This document shows, piece by piece, positions 9,407 to 19,100 of a stretch of 53,293 nt of DNA (the first letter of the stretch is position 1; each line of letters begins with the position of its first letter). This DNA is from Planctomycetota bacterium (lineage in GTDB: Bacteria; Planctomycetota; Planctomycetia; Pirellulales; PLA5), in NCBI GenBank assembly GCA_029259895.1, contig JAJDEG010000122.1, positions 1-53,293 of the forward strand, in the 5' to 3' direction. A program made the position numbers and the translations under genes. The notes below the pieces were generated by a model that was not told where the DNA came from, did no database searches, and worked only from the letters and a program-made list of their open reading frames with translations.

Positions 9407-12400
9407 ATGCCAGCGTCATCGCTTTTTCAAAACGGCGACACGGTTGTCCTGCGGTCCAACCGCGCGCAGGTCGGCAGGATAATCAGGGATCCGGATCTCG
9501 ATGGGGGCGAATATTGGTATCGAGTTCAATTCGCAGCGCAAGTCAAGAACGTTGTCGAAGACGACCTCGAATTGTTGACCGGAGACCTCGACTCCGTCGA
9601 GTCCCTGATAAGCCAGGGTCGCTGGGGTCACGTAGATTCGTTCCGGTGCGCGCTTGCCGTGGAACGGATTACTCAAACGGATAGTCGCAGCACGGTCTAT
9701 TCCTATCGGGCTCAGCGGATTCTCTTTGAAGCGTATCAGTATAAACCGCTACTCAAAATCCTCGATTCGCCTGATCGTCGGTTGTTGATTGCCGACGAGG
9801 TTGGGTTGGGAAAGACCATCGAAGCCGGCCTGATCTTGACTGAATTCGAGGCGCGCCATCGGTCACTCGACAGGGTGTTGATCGTATGTCCGTCGCGGCT
9901 CCGCCAGAAATGGCGTGAGGAATTGAATCGAAAATTCGACCAGGACTTCGAGATCTTCGACAAGCGCGCGTTGCTGCAGTACGTTGAACGCCTGCGCGAT
10001 AATCCCCACCGCAGCCGTTTACGGGCGATTGTCTCGATGCAAACGCTCCGCAACGAACAGCTTCGCGAACAACTCTTGGCCGAGGTGCCACAAATTGATG
10101 TCGTGATCGTGGACGAGGCCCACCATGCCAGAAACCCTCTCACGCAGACGTCCGAAACGCTCCGTGACATTGCGGCGATTGGCGTCTGCGTGGTCCTGCT
10201 CACGGCGACGCCGCTGCACTTGGGCAGCAAGGATTTGTTCACGTTGTTGAATGCGTTGCGGCCAACCGAGTTCCGCGACGCAAATGTTTTTGAGAACGAT
10301 CTGCGCCGCCATCGCGGCGTTATCGAAGCCGGATTGCGCGTTCGTACACGTGCTGCCGAGGCGTTGCCACAAGTCGTCGACCTGTTACGCGAGGTGTTCG
10401 TGGACGGATCGTTGTTCGATGTTCAGGATCCGTTGGCGAAACAGGTAATTGAGGAGATTCAGCAGGCGCCGCCCGAGGACGCGCGTGATTGGGTCGACTT
10501 AGAGCGGCGCATTCAGGATCTGCATCCGTTGGCCAGCATCCTCACTCGCACGCGGAAGCGCGACGTCCAAGAAAACGCGCCGATGCGTCGCGCCCACGTC
10601 GTTTCTTGCCCGTGGACTGAGGAGGAAGATGATGCTTATCGACGGCTTGTTAGGAGTGCCGCCAAGCGAGGCTGGATCCAGGGGCGTTTAGGTTTCGGCG
10701 AGATTCAGCGCGCTCGACAAGCGGCGAGCTGCCTCCCCGCGACGTACAATACGCACATGGCCCTTCCAGCGACGTCCGACGATGAGGCCGTCGAACTGTC
10801 GGACATCATGCCGAGCGAAACGCTGGAGGCTCCCGCGGATGAAGACGCACATGCCATTGGCCGCACGTCAGGGCCTTGGAGCGGGCCCGACTCCAAGTAC
10901 GCCAAGCTGCGTGAGATTCTTGATCTCCTGTCGGCGGAGGAACCGCAGGCCAAAGTCCTCGTGTTTTCCTACTTTCGAGGAACAGTGAACTACCTAGCGG
11001 ATCGTTTGTCGGCCGAGGGGTTTCCCGCCCTCTCGATTCACGGAGACGTTCGGTCAAGTCCAACGCGACCTGAGCATGACGAACGGGGCAGGCGGATACT
11101 ACAGTTTCGAGAAGATCCGAGCGTTCGCGCGCTCATTTCGACCGAGGTCGGTAGCGAGGGACTCGACTTTCAGTTTTGTCACCATGTCGTGAATTACGAT
11201 CTTCCCTGGAACCCGATGGTGGTCGAGCAGCGGATTGGCCGCATCGACCGATTCGGCCAGGAATCGAACGTCGTTCATATCCACAACCTCGTTGTCGAGG
11301 GAACGGTGGAAGATCGGATTCTCCTTCGACTATATAAGCGGATTGGGATTTTCGAGCAGAGTATCGGTGATCTTGAAGCCATCCTCGGCGAAACGGTCAG
11401 CGAACTACAGCGGGATTACGTCAGCGGCAAGCTGACGCCGGAAGAAGCGGATCTCCGCGTCGATCAGGCCGCCTGGGCGATCAATCGACGACGTTCACAC
11501 CTCGAGACCCTGGAGAGAAACGCGGCCGACCTGTTCGGGCACGACGAATATATCCGCCAGGAGATGGAACGCGTCGGTCGGCTGGGTCGCTTCGTCAGCG
11601 AGAATGCCATGTTGGCGGTCCTTCGCAGCTATCTCCAGATTTGCCATCCGACCATTCAGCTCTGGGAAGAAGTCACGGGGATTTTTGGATTGCGGCTGAC
11701 CGACGAATTGCGCCGCGACATCCAAGATGCTTCTCGCGGTGGGCATGTGTGGATGGATCGAAGCCGCAGCGGCCGTCTGTTGGTCACGACGCACGGCGAC
11801 ATTGCTTTCCGTCGGTCGGATGTCGAACTGATCAATGTCTCGCATCCCCTCGTACGTGCGGCGGTTGCCGCGATTGGCCAGCAATTAAAAGACGCGGCAG
11901 CGCGCGTTGGACAGGCAGTCGTGCGACTTGAGCGAAACGCAGACCTGGAGCTGTCGAGTGGCAAGTTTTTTGTTGCCGTTTTCACGCATCAGGTCGACGG
12001 CCTTCGAGCGAGGCAGATCCTGGAAACCGCGGCATGGTCCGAGACCGACGGCAGGCTACTCGGTGCCGAAGAGAGCGAACGTCTGCTACACCTCGTCGTT
12101 GAGCGTGGCCAGCAATGGGATAGTTCCCAGGACGCTCATGCGATGCCGACCGCGCTCTGGAATCAAATCGTCTCCCAAGTCAGAACCCGCAATCGCCACT
12201 TGCTAGAACGGGAGAAACGTGAAAATGAGGCGCTGTACGTCCGCCGCAGACGAGCGATTGAAGCGGAATACCAATACGACCGTCAACTGAAGGCCACGCG
12301 GCTTGAAACCGCCCGGGCGCGCGGTCGCGAAGACCGGATCCTGCGCGCATTTCAAGGGCAAGTGGACAAGGCAGACTCCAACCATCGTGAGAGACTCGCT

Positions 12401-12481
12401 AGCCTGGACCAGACGCGCGAAGTAAGTGCCCAACTATCGGATCCGGTCGCCGCCTGTCTCGTCGAGGTGCGGCGCATTTGA
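9407..12481 (+). CDS. drmD: DISARM DrmD-like SNF2-family helicase
   Basis: Motifs LIADEVGLGKTIEAGL (motif I), VIVDEAHHARN (DEAH) and helicase-C DLPWNPMVVEQRIGRIDRFGQ. The protein is 1024 aa. Confidence 0.85.
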   Translation: MPASSLFQNGDTVVLRSNRAQVGRIIRDPDLDGGEYWYRVQFAAQVKNVVEDDLELLTGDLDSVESLISQGRWGHVDSFRCALAVERITQTDSRSTVYSYRAQRILFEAYQYKPLLKILDSPDRRLLIADEVGLGKTIEAGLILTEFEARHRSLDRVLIVCPSRLRQKWREELNRKFDQDFEIFDKRALLQYVERLRDNPHRSRLRAIVSMQTLRNEQLREQLLAEVPQIDVVIVDEAHHARNPLTQTSETLRDIAAIGVCVVLLTATPLHLGSKDLFTLLNALRPTEFRDANVFENDLRRHRGVIEAGLRVRTRAAEALPQVVDLLREVFVDGSLFDVQDPLAKQVIEEIQQAPPEDARDWVDLERRIQDLHPLASILTRTRKRDVQENAPMRRAHVVSCPWTEEEDDAYRRLVRSAAKRGWIQGRLGFGEIQRARQAASCLPATYNTHMALPATSDDEAVELSDIMPSETLEAPADEDAHAIGRTSGPWSGPDSKYAKLREILDLLSAEEPQAKVLVFSYFRGTVNYLADRLSAEGFPALSIHGDVRSSPTRPEHDERGRRILQFREDPSVRALISTEVGSEGLDFQFCHHVVNYDLPWNPMVVEQRIGRIDRFGQESNVVHIHNLVVEGTVEDRILLRLYKRIGIFEQSIGDLEAILGETVSELQRDYVSGKLTPEEADLRVDQAAWAINRRRSHLETLERNAADLFGHDEYIRQEMERVGRLGRFVSENAMLAVLRSYLQICHPTIQLWEEVTGIFGLRLTDELRRDIQDASRGGHVWMDRSRSGRLLVTTHGDIAFRRSDVELINVSHPLVRAAVAAIGQQLKDAAARVGQAVVRLERNADLELSSGKFFVAVFTHQVDGLRARQILETAAWSETDGRLLGAEESERLLHLVVERGQQWDSSQDAHAMPTALWNQIVSQVRTRNRHLLEREKRENEALYVRRRRAIEAEYQYDRQLKATRLETARARGREDRILRAFQGQVDKADSNHRERLASLDQTREVSAQLSDPVAACLVEVRRI

Positions 12482-12502
12482 TTTTTTTGGCGAGGTGAGC
12501 CA

Positions 12503-13987
12503 ATGAGCATTTTGAAGCGTCTCATCGCATATCTTTTCCGACGCAATACGCGAGGCATTCCGGCTCGCAAGGGCAAAACACGACCGGCGCCGTTGCCGCC
12601 GCTTGGCCCGGCCGCGTCAAATCCCGCCGCCCCCAACGTGTCCCCGGTGGAATTCCCGGATCTGCCCGAATTCTTTGTCGAGACGCCTCAAATTGTCCCG
12701 GAAGATTCGGACGTTCACGTCGGCGACATTCCTCGGTCGCCCCCGCGACCCCCATCGACCGCCGTTGTCGTCGGCCTTGACTTTGGCACGCACTCCACCA
12801 AGTTGCTACTGCGAAAACGAAACTCGGAAACGGCTCAACTTATGCGGATCGACAAATCGCATCCCGCCTACCCGCCGTTCGCCGCTCCATCGCTAGTGAA
12901 AGTGCATGAAAAGCACGTGTACTTTGGCTCGCGATCGCTTGATATACCGGGCGGAACGCTCTTTCGTTCCTTGAAAGTCCGCCTGCTTGCAGCTCCATCT
13001 CCGAATTGCGATGACGAGGAGAATGCCCTCGGGCTAACACCAGACCTAATGGTCGCGTGGTTTCTGTCGTGGTGCATGGACCGGATCCGAAGAACTGTCG
13101 AAAAATACATTACGCAAGATGTCTCGAGACTCTTCATAAACGTCGCGGCACCGATGGATCATTTCGAAAATGAACAATTGAAGACGCGCTACCTGAAGAT
13201 CGTGCATGCCGCATGGCAATCGGTATTTGGCGAGGCACGGTTTCCAATGCGCCAATCAACGCACGTGGATGAAGCGACGCATCGATTTGCGTCGTGGTTG
13301 GCCGCGGATGTGCCCAGTCGAGAAACCCGCCTGTTCGAAGTGCTCCCGGAGTCCGTCGCGCCGATCGTGTCGCTGTCGCGAGACCCGCAGATGGACCCGG
13401 GCATGTACATGATCGTCGATATGGGTGCGGGAACGACCGAGCTTTCGGTGAACCACGTCGGTGAAGTGGGCGCCGATCAGCGGGTCTTGTGTTACGACGA
13501 TAATTCAACGCAATTTGGCGGTGACGACTTTGATTCGGCGGAGCAATACACTGACGGGGCGGCGAATTTGTCGCGGCGAATCGACAAACTCGTCGCGCAA
13601 TTCATGGGCACGTTTCGACCCACATGGTGTCGGGCTTATCAAAAAGATGGACGCAACCCAGCAGCACGCGAACGATGGCGTCATTTTCGAGTTCTTTTAA
13701 CTGGCGGCGGCGCGCGAAGGCCGGAAATCGAACGTGCGATCCGGTCGACCCTACCGCACCCGCCCTGGCCGGTGGGCGAGGAGCAATACGATGTCTCATG
13801 GCACGAGCCAACTGGAATTGTGTTGGACATGAATGAGAGCGCGCAGAAAATCCACTTGCTAGCAGTAGCCCACGGTCTTTCGGTCCCTCGGCAACAATGG
13901 CCCATTTTCTTCCTTCCCAGCGAGATCGATACCCAACAAGCTCCCCAAGTCGTCGAGCAACCTCAAGGCCACTGGTATGTTGGATGA
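12503..13987 (+). CDS. actin/Hsp70-fold (ASKHA superfamily) ATPase with a Pro-rich N-terminal extension
   Basis: Phosphate-1 motif VVVGLDFGTHSTKLLL, phosphate-2 motif YMIVDMGAGTTELSV and adenosine motif RVLLTGGGARRPEI. A GAGG RBS lies about 9 nt upstream of the ATG. It starts 21 nt after the drmD stop on the same strand. Confidence 0.75.
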   Translation: MSILKRLIAYLFRRNTRGIPARKGKTRPAPLPPLGPAASNPAAPNVSPVEFPDLPEFFVETPQIVPEDSDVHVGDIPRSPPRPPSTAVVVGLDFGTHSTKLLLRKRNSETAQLMRIDKSHPAYPPFAAPSLVKVHEKHVYFGSRSLDIPGGTLFRSLKVRLLAAPSPNCDDEENALGLTPDLMVAWFLSWCMDRIRRTVEKYITQDVSRLFINVAAPMDHFENEQLKTRYLKIVHAAWQSVFGEARFPMRQSTHVDEATHRFASWLAADVPSRETRLFEVLPESVAPIVSLSRDPQMDPGMYMIVDMGAGTTELSVNHVGEVGADQRVLCYDDNSTQFGGDDFDSAEQYTDGAANLSRRIDKLVAQFMGTFRPTWCRAYQKDGRNPAARERWRHFRVLLTGGGARRPEIERAIRSTLPHPPWPVGEEQYDVSWHEPTGIVLDMNESAQKIHLLAVAHGLSVPRQQWPIFFLPSEIDTQQAPQVVEQPQGHWYVG

Positions 13988-14361
13988 TGGTTTGCTTTCA
14001 CAACGCACCCATACCGAGGGGCACGGTCAGCCGTAAACAACGATAGTGCCGCCAATCGTCTCCGTGACGTCACCGACATGCGCCCCACATTCGACGAAGC
14101 CGCCCTCCGCGGCCTCAAATTCTCCGAGTGCTTGCCGCTCGATCTGGCAACGGAAATGTTGGAGCAACGGCTTCAGGACGACGATGCCATGCAGCAAATT
14201 CTCAATGGTGCCGTGTGATTCTGCGTCGAACAATTACCCAGCCACCGCGGTCGTTTCCAGCAGTCAATCGATCAAGACTTTCGGATGATTCCTACGCTCC
14301 GATGTGCGGCTGGATTCCAGAGGCATATGATATGCGCGGCCGACACGACGCGCGACGCGAC

Positions 14362-14916
14362 CTAGCGCAGGTTCTTGCGAACGAATGCCTTGACCTTTTT
14401 GACGTCCGACGTTACTTCCGAGAACGCTCGCGGCAGCCCCGCGATCTCGCTTCGATGGTTGAGATAGGCGATCACGGGTCGCTTATATTTCATGGCTAGC
14501 CGCACCTCGCTAGCCGTTCCTTTGCCGCCGGGCAAGGCAATGATCACGCAAGCCGTGAGGGCGATGAGATGATTTCGGGACCGAATCAGTCCGCCCTTTG
14601 CATCGGCCAAGTGCAGATGCGTGAAGATCGGAATCTCCACGTACTTGTTCGGGTATTTTCTTTTGGGAATATTTGGCGACGCGCTTTATGCGCAAGGCAC
14701 AATGCCAAGGACGCGGCCCTCACGACCTGCGTGTTCAAAAAATCCTTTGCTAGCGCCCAGCATCGCGCCGGTCCCGCCCCCGGTTACGAGGTGCACGTCG
14801 AGCGTCGCCAGCCACGCACCGACTTCCTCTCCGCGGCCGTCCGCATCTTTGTCGTGAGACCCGATCACGCCGACGATCGGAAAACGCGGAATCGCCGTGC
14901 CTTTTTGTTTCGCCAT
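14362..14916 (-). pseudogene. LOG/TIGR00725-type (SLOG-fold) Rossmann nucleotide-binding protein interrupted by one in-frame TAA
   Basis: Two ORFs (14686..14985 and 14362..14640) share one frame. The read-through translation is ...HLVTGGGTGAMLGASKG...RVLGIVPCA*SASPNIPKRKYPNKYVEIPIFTH...IIALPGGKGTASEV... The GGGxGxM and PGGxGTxxE family motifs lie on opposite sides of the stop (TAA is the complement of 14686-14688). The start was chosen at MAKQKG (14916) and is uncertain. Confidence 0.7.
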
Positions 14917-15205
14917 GTTGAAGCACCCGTGCAATCGGTAAGACATGCGGCAAATAAGCTTCTGGCCGCTGCCACAACGGCCCATTCAATTCGCCTCCTC
15001 TGCCATCACCGCCGCGCGCTAAGCCAATTCGGCGTAGCCCTCGGCGAATTCTAAGCGGAGACGCGACTCGTTCGCTACTCCGCGCCAAACCGCCAAAGTC
15101 ACTTTGAAAAAAAATGTCGCCTGCCGCACCAAAACGGCAATTTACTATTGGGACTCTCGGCCGAATTGCCACGTCACCAGACCGCGCGGCAACCTGCGGC
15201 ATTTC

Positions 15206-15400
15206 TCACTCCACCTGAAGTTCCAGCCACATGATCTCCCCGGTCGGGCAGGGAATCGGCACAAGTTGCCCCGGCGAGACGCGGGAGCGATACTCGAAAT
15301 ATCCGGACCGTCGGGGCGAAGTCCGCACGATTCGCACGCGGATCTTGTTCCCGCACTTGGCGTCCCGGCGCCTCGGCTTGTTGTCGACGCAAACGACCAT
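15206..15400 (-). CDS. small hypothetical protein (64 aa)
   Basis: An ATG is preceded by GAGGAG 8 nt upstream (ttcGAGGAGacaaagcaATG), the same RBS type as confident genes here. Third-position GC is coding-like. No family was recognised. Confidence 0.5.
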   Translation of the reverse strand: MVVCVDNKPRRRDAKCGNKIRVRIVRTSPRRSGYFEYRSRVSPGQLVPIPCPTGEIMWLELQVE

Positions 15401-15429
15401 TGCTTTGTCTCCTCGAATAATTTGAATGC

Positions 15430-15454
15430 GAACTTTCGTAAACGTTGCTACGTC
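15430..15454 (+). promoter_or_regulatory. candidate ECF-type promoter (GAAC-N17-CGTC) upstream of the ECF sigma gene
   Basis: The sequence is tgcGAACtttcgtaaacgttgctaCGTCgta, about 110 nt upstream of the sigma start at 15566. It matches the generic ECF -35/-10 pattern. Confidence 0.3.
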
Positions 15455-15565
15455 GTACTTCAGTTAGCTTGCCGATTCGGTCGCGACCGCGACACGGAAA
15501 AACGAACATTTCGTCTCGATTCCCAACGGCTACTTACCAACTATTGCCAGTCTTTTTTTATTGCC

Positions 15566-16192
15566 ATGTCCCAGCTAACCGATCCCATCGACGGCAGCGT
15601 GACGATCTGGCTCCAGTCACTTCGCCGGGGCGACGACGCTGCCGCCCGGCAGGTCTGGGATCGGTATTTCGCCCGCGTCGTCGCGCTGGCCCGGCGGAAA
15701 TTCGGCACGCGGCCCCGTCGCGTTTCCGACGAAGAGGACGTGGCCATTAGCGTCCTTGCCACGCTGGTTCGCCGTGCCAAGGAGGGCCGTTTTCCCGACT
15801 TAAACGACCAGCGTGCCCTTTGGTGCCTTCTCGTGGCGATTACGCAGCGAAAGGTTGCCGGAGTGCTGCGAAAAGAAGGCCGTGGCAAGCGCGGCGGCGG
15901 CAAAGTCCGCGGCGACTCGGTGCTGGCCAAAGCCGGAGGTGGCGACCGTCCGTTCAGCTGGGACGATTTCGCGGCCGACGATCCCACCCCGGACTTCCTC
16001 ACCGCCATCGACGAGCAGTACCGGCAGCTCTATGCCGCCCTCCGCGACGACAGTCTCCGAAATGTGGTGGACGCTCTAATGGAGGGTTATACTATCAGCG
16101 AGATTGCCGCCCGCCTGAACGTATCGAAGCGCACCATCCAGCGCAAGGTGAACTTGATTCGAGACAACTGGTCAAGGGTACTCGTGCAATGA
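15566..16192 (+). CDS. ECF-type RNA polymerase sigma factor (kinase-associated type)
   Basis: The start was chosen at MSQLTDPIDGS. The longer ORF from 15104 has a non-protein-like N-terminus that overlaps a minus-strand gene. The region 4 HTH is YTISEIAARLNVSKRTIQRKV. The stop overlaps the kinase ATG (ATGA at 16189-16192). Confidence 0.8.
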   Translation: MSQLTDPIDGSVTIWLQSLRRGDDAAARQVWDRYFARVVALARRKFGTRPRRVSDEEDVAISVLATLVRRAKEGRFPDLNDQRALWCLLVAITQRKVAGVLRKEGRGKRGGGKVRGDSVLAKAGGGDRPFSWDDFAADDPTPDFLTAIDEQYRQLYAALRDDSLRNVVDALMEGYTISEIAARLNVSKRTIQRKVNLIRDNWSRVLVQ

Positions 16193-19100
16193 CGTCGCAG
16201 TTGCACAACAACGGCCTGACTGACGTGTCGCGAAACGATCGCATCGATGTGATCTGCGATCAGTTCGAGGCGGCTTGGCAATCGGGCGCGCGTCCCTCGT
16301 TCGACGACTTTCTGTCCCAAGTCGATGCTGCCGAGCAAGCCGAGCTTTTGAGCCAACTGCTGCCGCTGGAAATCGAATACCGCCGCACCCACGGCGAAGC
16401 ACCGACGGCCCGTGATTACGTTGAACGCTTCGGTCCACTTCGAGCGACCGTCGAACGCGTATTTGGCGAAGGGTCGACGGTGGTGCATAAGGAAATGCCG
16501 ACGCTCGTCTCAGCCCCGTCCACGCCAGCCGCGTCGCCGCGCGTCGGACGTTTTTGGTTGCATGAGGAAATTGGCCGCGGTGCGTTTGGTCGAGTGCATC
16601 GCGCGTATGATGAGCAGCTTCGTCGCGACGTGGCCCTCAAGATTCCGTTTCAGGCCATCGCGCCCGGACAGGAAACGGAAGAGTTTCTCCGCGAAGCTCG
16701 CAACGCCGCCCAGTTGCCGTCCCATTCCGGCATCGTCCCGGTCTTTGACGCCGGCGTGGCAGCCGAAGGCCCGTTTATCGCCTCGGAGTTCGTCGAGGGC
16801 CGCACGCTCAAGGACGAGCTTGAAAGTCGGCACTACAAACCGCGCGAGGCAGCGCAACTTGTTGCCGCCGTCGCCGATGCGCTCGCCCACGCTCACCGCA
16901 GCGACGTGATCCACCGTGACGTCAAGCCATCCAACATCATGTTGCAGCCCCGCACCGCGCCGCAAGGGTCGACAAACGAAGAGTCGACGGCGCTGACCTA
17001 CGTGCCGCGCGTCCTCGACTTCGGTCTGGCCCGCTGTGCCCAGATCGATGTGGGGGCGACGCAGGAGGGAGACCTCAAGGGCACAATTCGCTACATGAGC
17101 CCGGAGCAGGCCCAAGGCAAGGCAAACGCTGTCGATGCCCGTTCGGACGTCTACAGCCTCGGCGTCGTGCTGTTTGAACTCCTCAGCGGCGACACGCCCT
17201 TCTCAGGCTCGCCCACGGAAATCCTGACGCAGGTCGCCCGCAACGACGCCCCCAGCGTACGCGCCCGCAACCGCGCCCTCGACCCCGACCTCGCCGCCGT
17301 CTGCGACCAGTGCCTGCGTCACGACCGCCGCGAACGATACGCATCGGCCGCGGCTTTGGCGGACGATCTACGCCGCTGGCTTGGCGGCGAACCCACTCAC
17401 GCCCGCCCGCTCACGTTCGTCCAGCGAACGATTCGAAAATGCCGCCACCACCGCGCCCGCGTCGCCGCCGCCGTGCTCGCCTGCGTGCTTGCGATCCTGG
17501 CCGTCAGCGTCGCCGCTTGGCAACGAGGGCAGATTCGCAATTCGGATCAGGCGACGGTTCGCGAGGGCATTCATGCGTACTTCGATGCGCCGCCAAGCGT
17601 GCTTGCCACGGCGTTGGGACGAGTACGCGATCTACCCAATGCTCGGCCAGAAATGGAACGACTGCTTGTTTCAGAGTCGCTCGACGAGCATGAGCGCTTT
17701 CGTTTGCAACTCGCGCTTCTAGATAGTGAACCGCGTTACGCATCAACACTTTTCGAGGAACTCTTGACGGCGGGCGTGCATGAATTCCTCGTACTGCGCG
17801 AGGAACTATTGCCTCATGCGGAATCGTTTCTTGAGCGGTTGCGCGAAATCGTCGTGGCGCCCGAATCTGATGTGTCGCCCGCAACTTGGCTGCGGGCGGC
17901 GTGCGCTTTAACGCGCTTCGAGAACTATTCTGCGTCAACAATCTCGACCGAATTGGCGGAAGAAATGGCAATGCTGCTCGCTTCCCAGCCAAAGGAAGAA
18001 ATTGAGGCCTGGGCCGAGGCAGCGCTTCCCGCGAAGCTGTACCTTCAGGCCCCACTGCGCGCTCGTCTGTCAAGTGAAACGTATGGTCTCGCATCCTGTT
18101 ACATTCTTGTGCATTTCCTCCATACGCAACCGGATGAGCTCGCCGCCCTATTGTTGGAAACAACTGCCGAGCAGCACCAACCCGTCTTAGCGGCGCTACA
18201 GCAACATCGTCGCTCCGCCGAAGAGACCATGGCCAAGTCTAATTCCGTGCCGCCGGACTCCGCCGCATACGACCTCGAAAGCGAGTCATCAGTCCACCGC
18301 CGTGCCGTCGCCACGATAGCCTTGTTGCAGATCGGTAACCGTAAAGCCGCTTGGCGTCAATTCGTTTATGGTTCTGACCCACGCGTGCCGACACAACTCA
18401 TTCGCGAGGCTGCACCACGCGGACTATCAGCAGACGTTCTAATGCAGCGTCTGCCAGAGGAGAGCGATTCCGACGCGTTGTACGTTATGATCCTTTCCTT
18501 GGGCCATTATCCGTTCGATGAATTATCTCCGGGGAACCGTGCTCGCCTACTTCCTTGGTTGACTCGAACCTACGAAGCACACCCGGATTCCGGTATTCAC
18601 GCTGCATCGGCTTGGCTTCTGCGCCGTTGGGGATGTAATCTTTCCGCAACAGACGCGGTGTTGATCAAGCAAGGCCTACGAGAGGATCGAAACTGGTATC
18701 TCAACTCCATGGGCCAACTGATGGTGGTGATTCGAGCGCCCCACGCGATGCCGATTCGGCCACAAGCTTCTCAGAATAAACAACCCCTCAGATCTGACGA
18801 ATCGAGTTGGCGCATTCCGAACGGCTTCGCCATCGCCGCCACAGAGACCACCTACGAACAGTTTCTGCAGTTTCGTCCAAGCCATGCGGACCGGCAGGCC
18901 AATCTTCGGGACCCTGATAGCCCGGTAACGGATGTCTCGTTCCACGACGCGGCGGCGTATTGTGCTTGGCTCAGCGAGCGAGAGCGAGTCCCGCCAAACG
19001 AAATATCCGTGCATCAGACGAGCGGCGATAAGGTGATGACAAAGATAAGCTTCCAAAAGCACGGCTACCGGTTGCCCAGCGCCGAGGAATGGCAGAATGC

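Noticed and set aside
14027-14233. A 68-aa minus-strand ORF between the ASKHA gene and the LOG pseudogene.
   Set aside because: Third-position GC is moderately coding-like. However, it has a TTG start immediately after a stop, no RBS and no recognisable family. It may be a gene remnant and is not supportable as a feature.
15104-15565. N-terminal extension of the ECF sigma ORF (the track gives 15104..16192, 362 aa).
   Set aside because: The extension is not protein-like and overlaps the RBS-supported minus-strand ORF 15206..15400. Sigma homology starts at MSQLTDP (15566).
15820-16188. N-terminal extension of the kinase ORF (the track gives 15820..19509).
   Set aside because: The extension is an off-frame reading of the sigma gene (Arg/Pro-rich). 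MTSQLHNNG at 16189 gives a standard ATGA coupling to the sigma stop.
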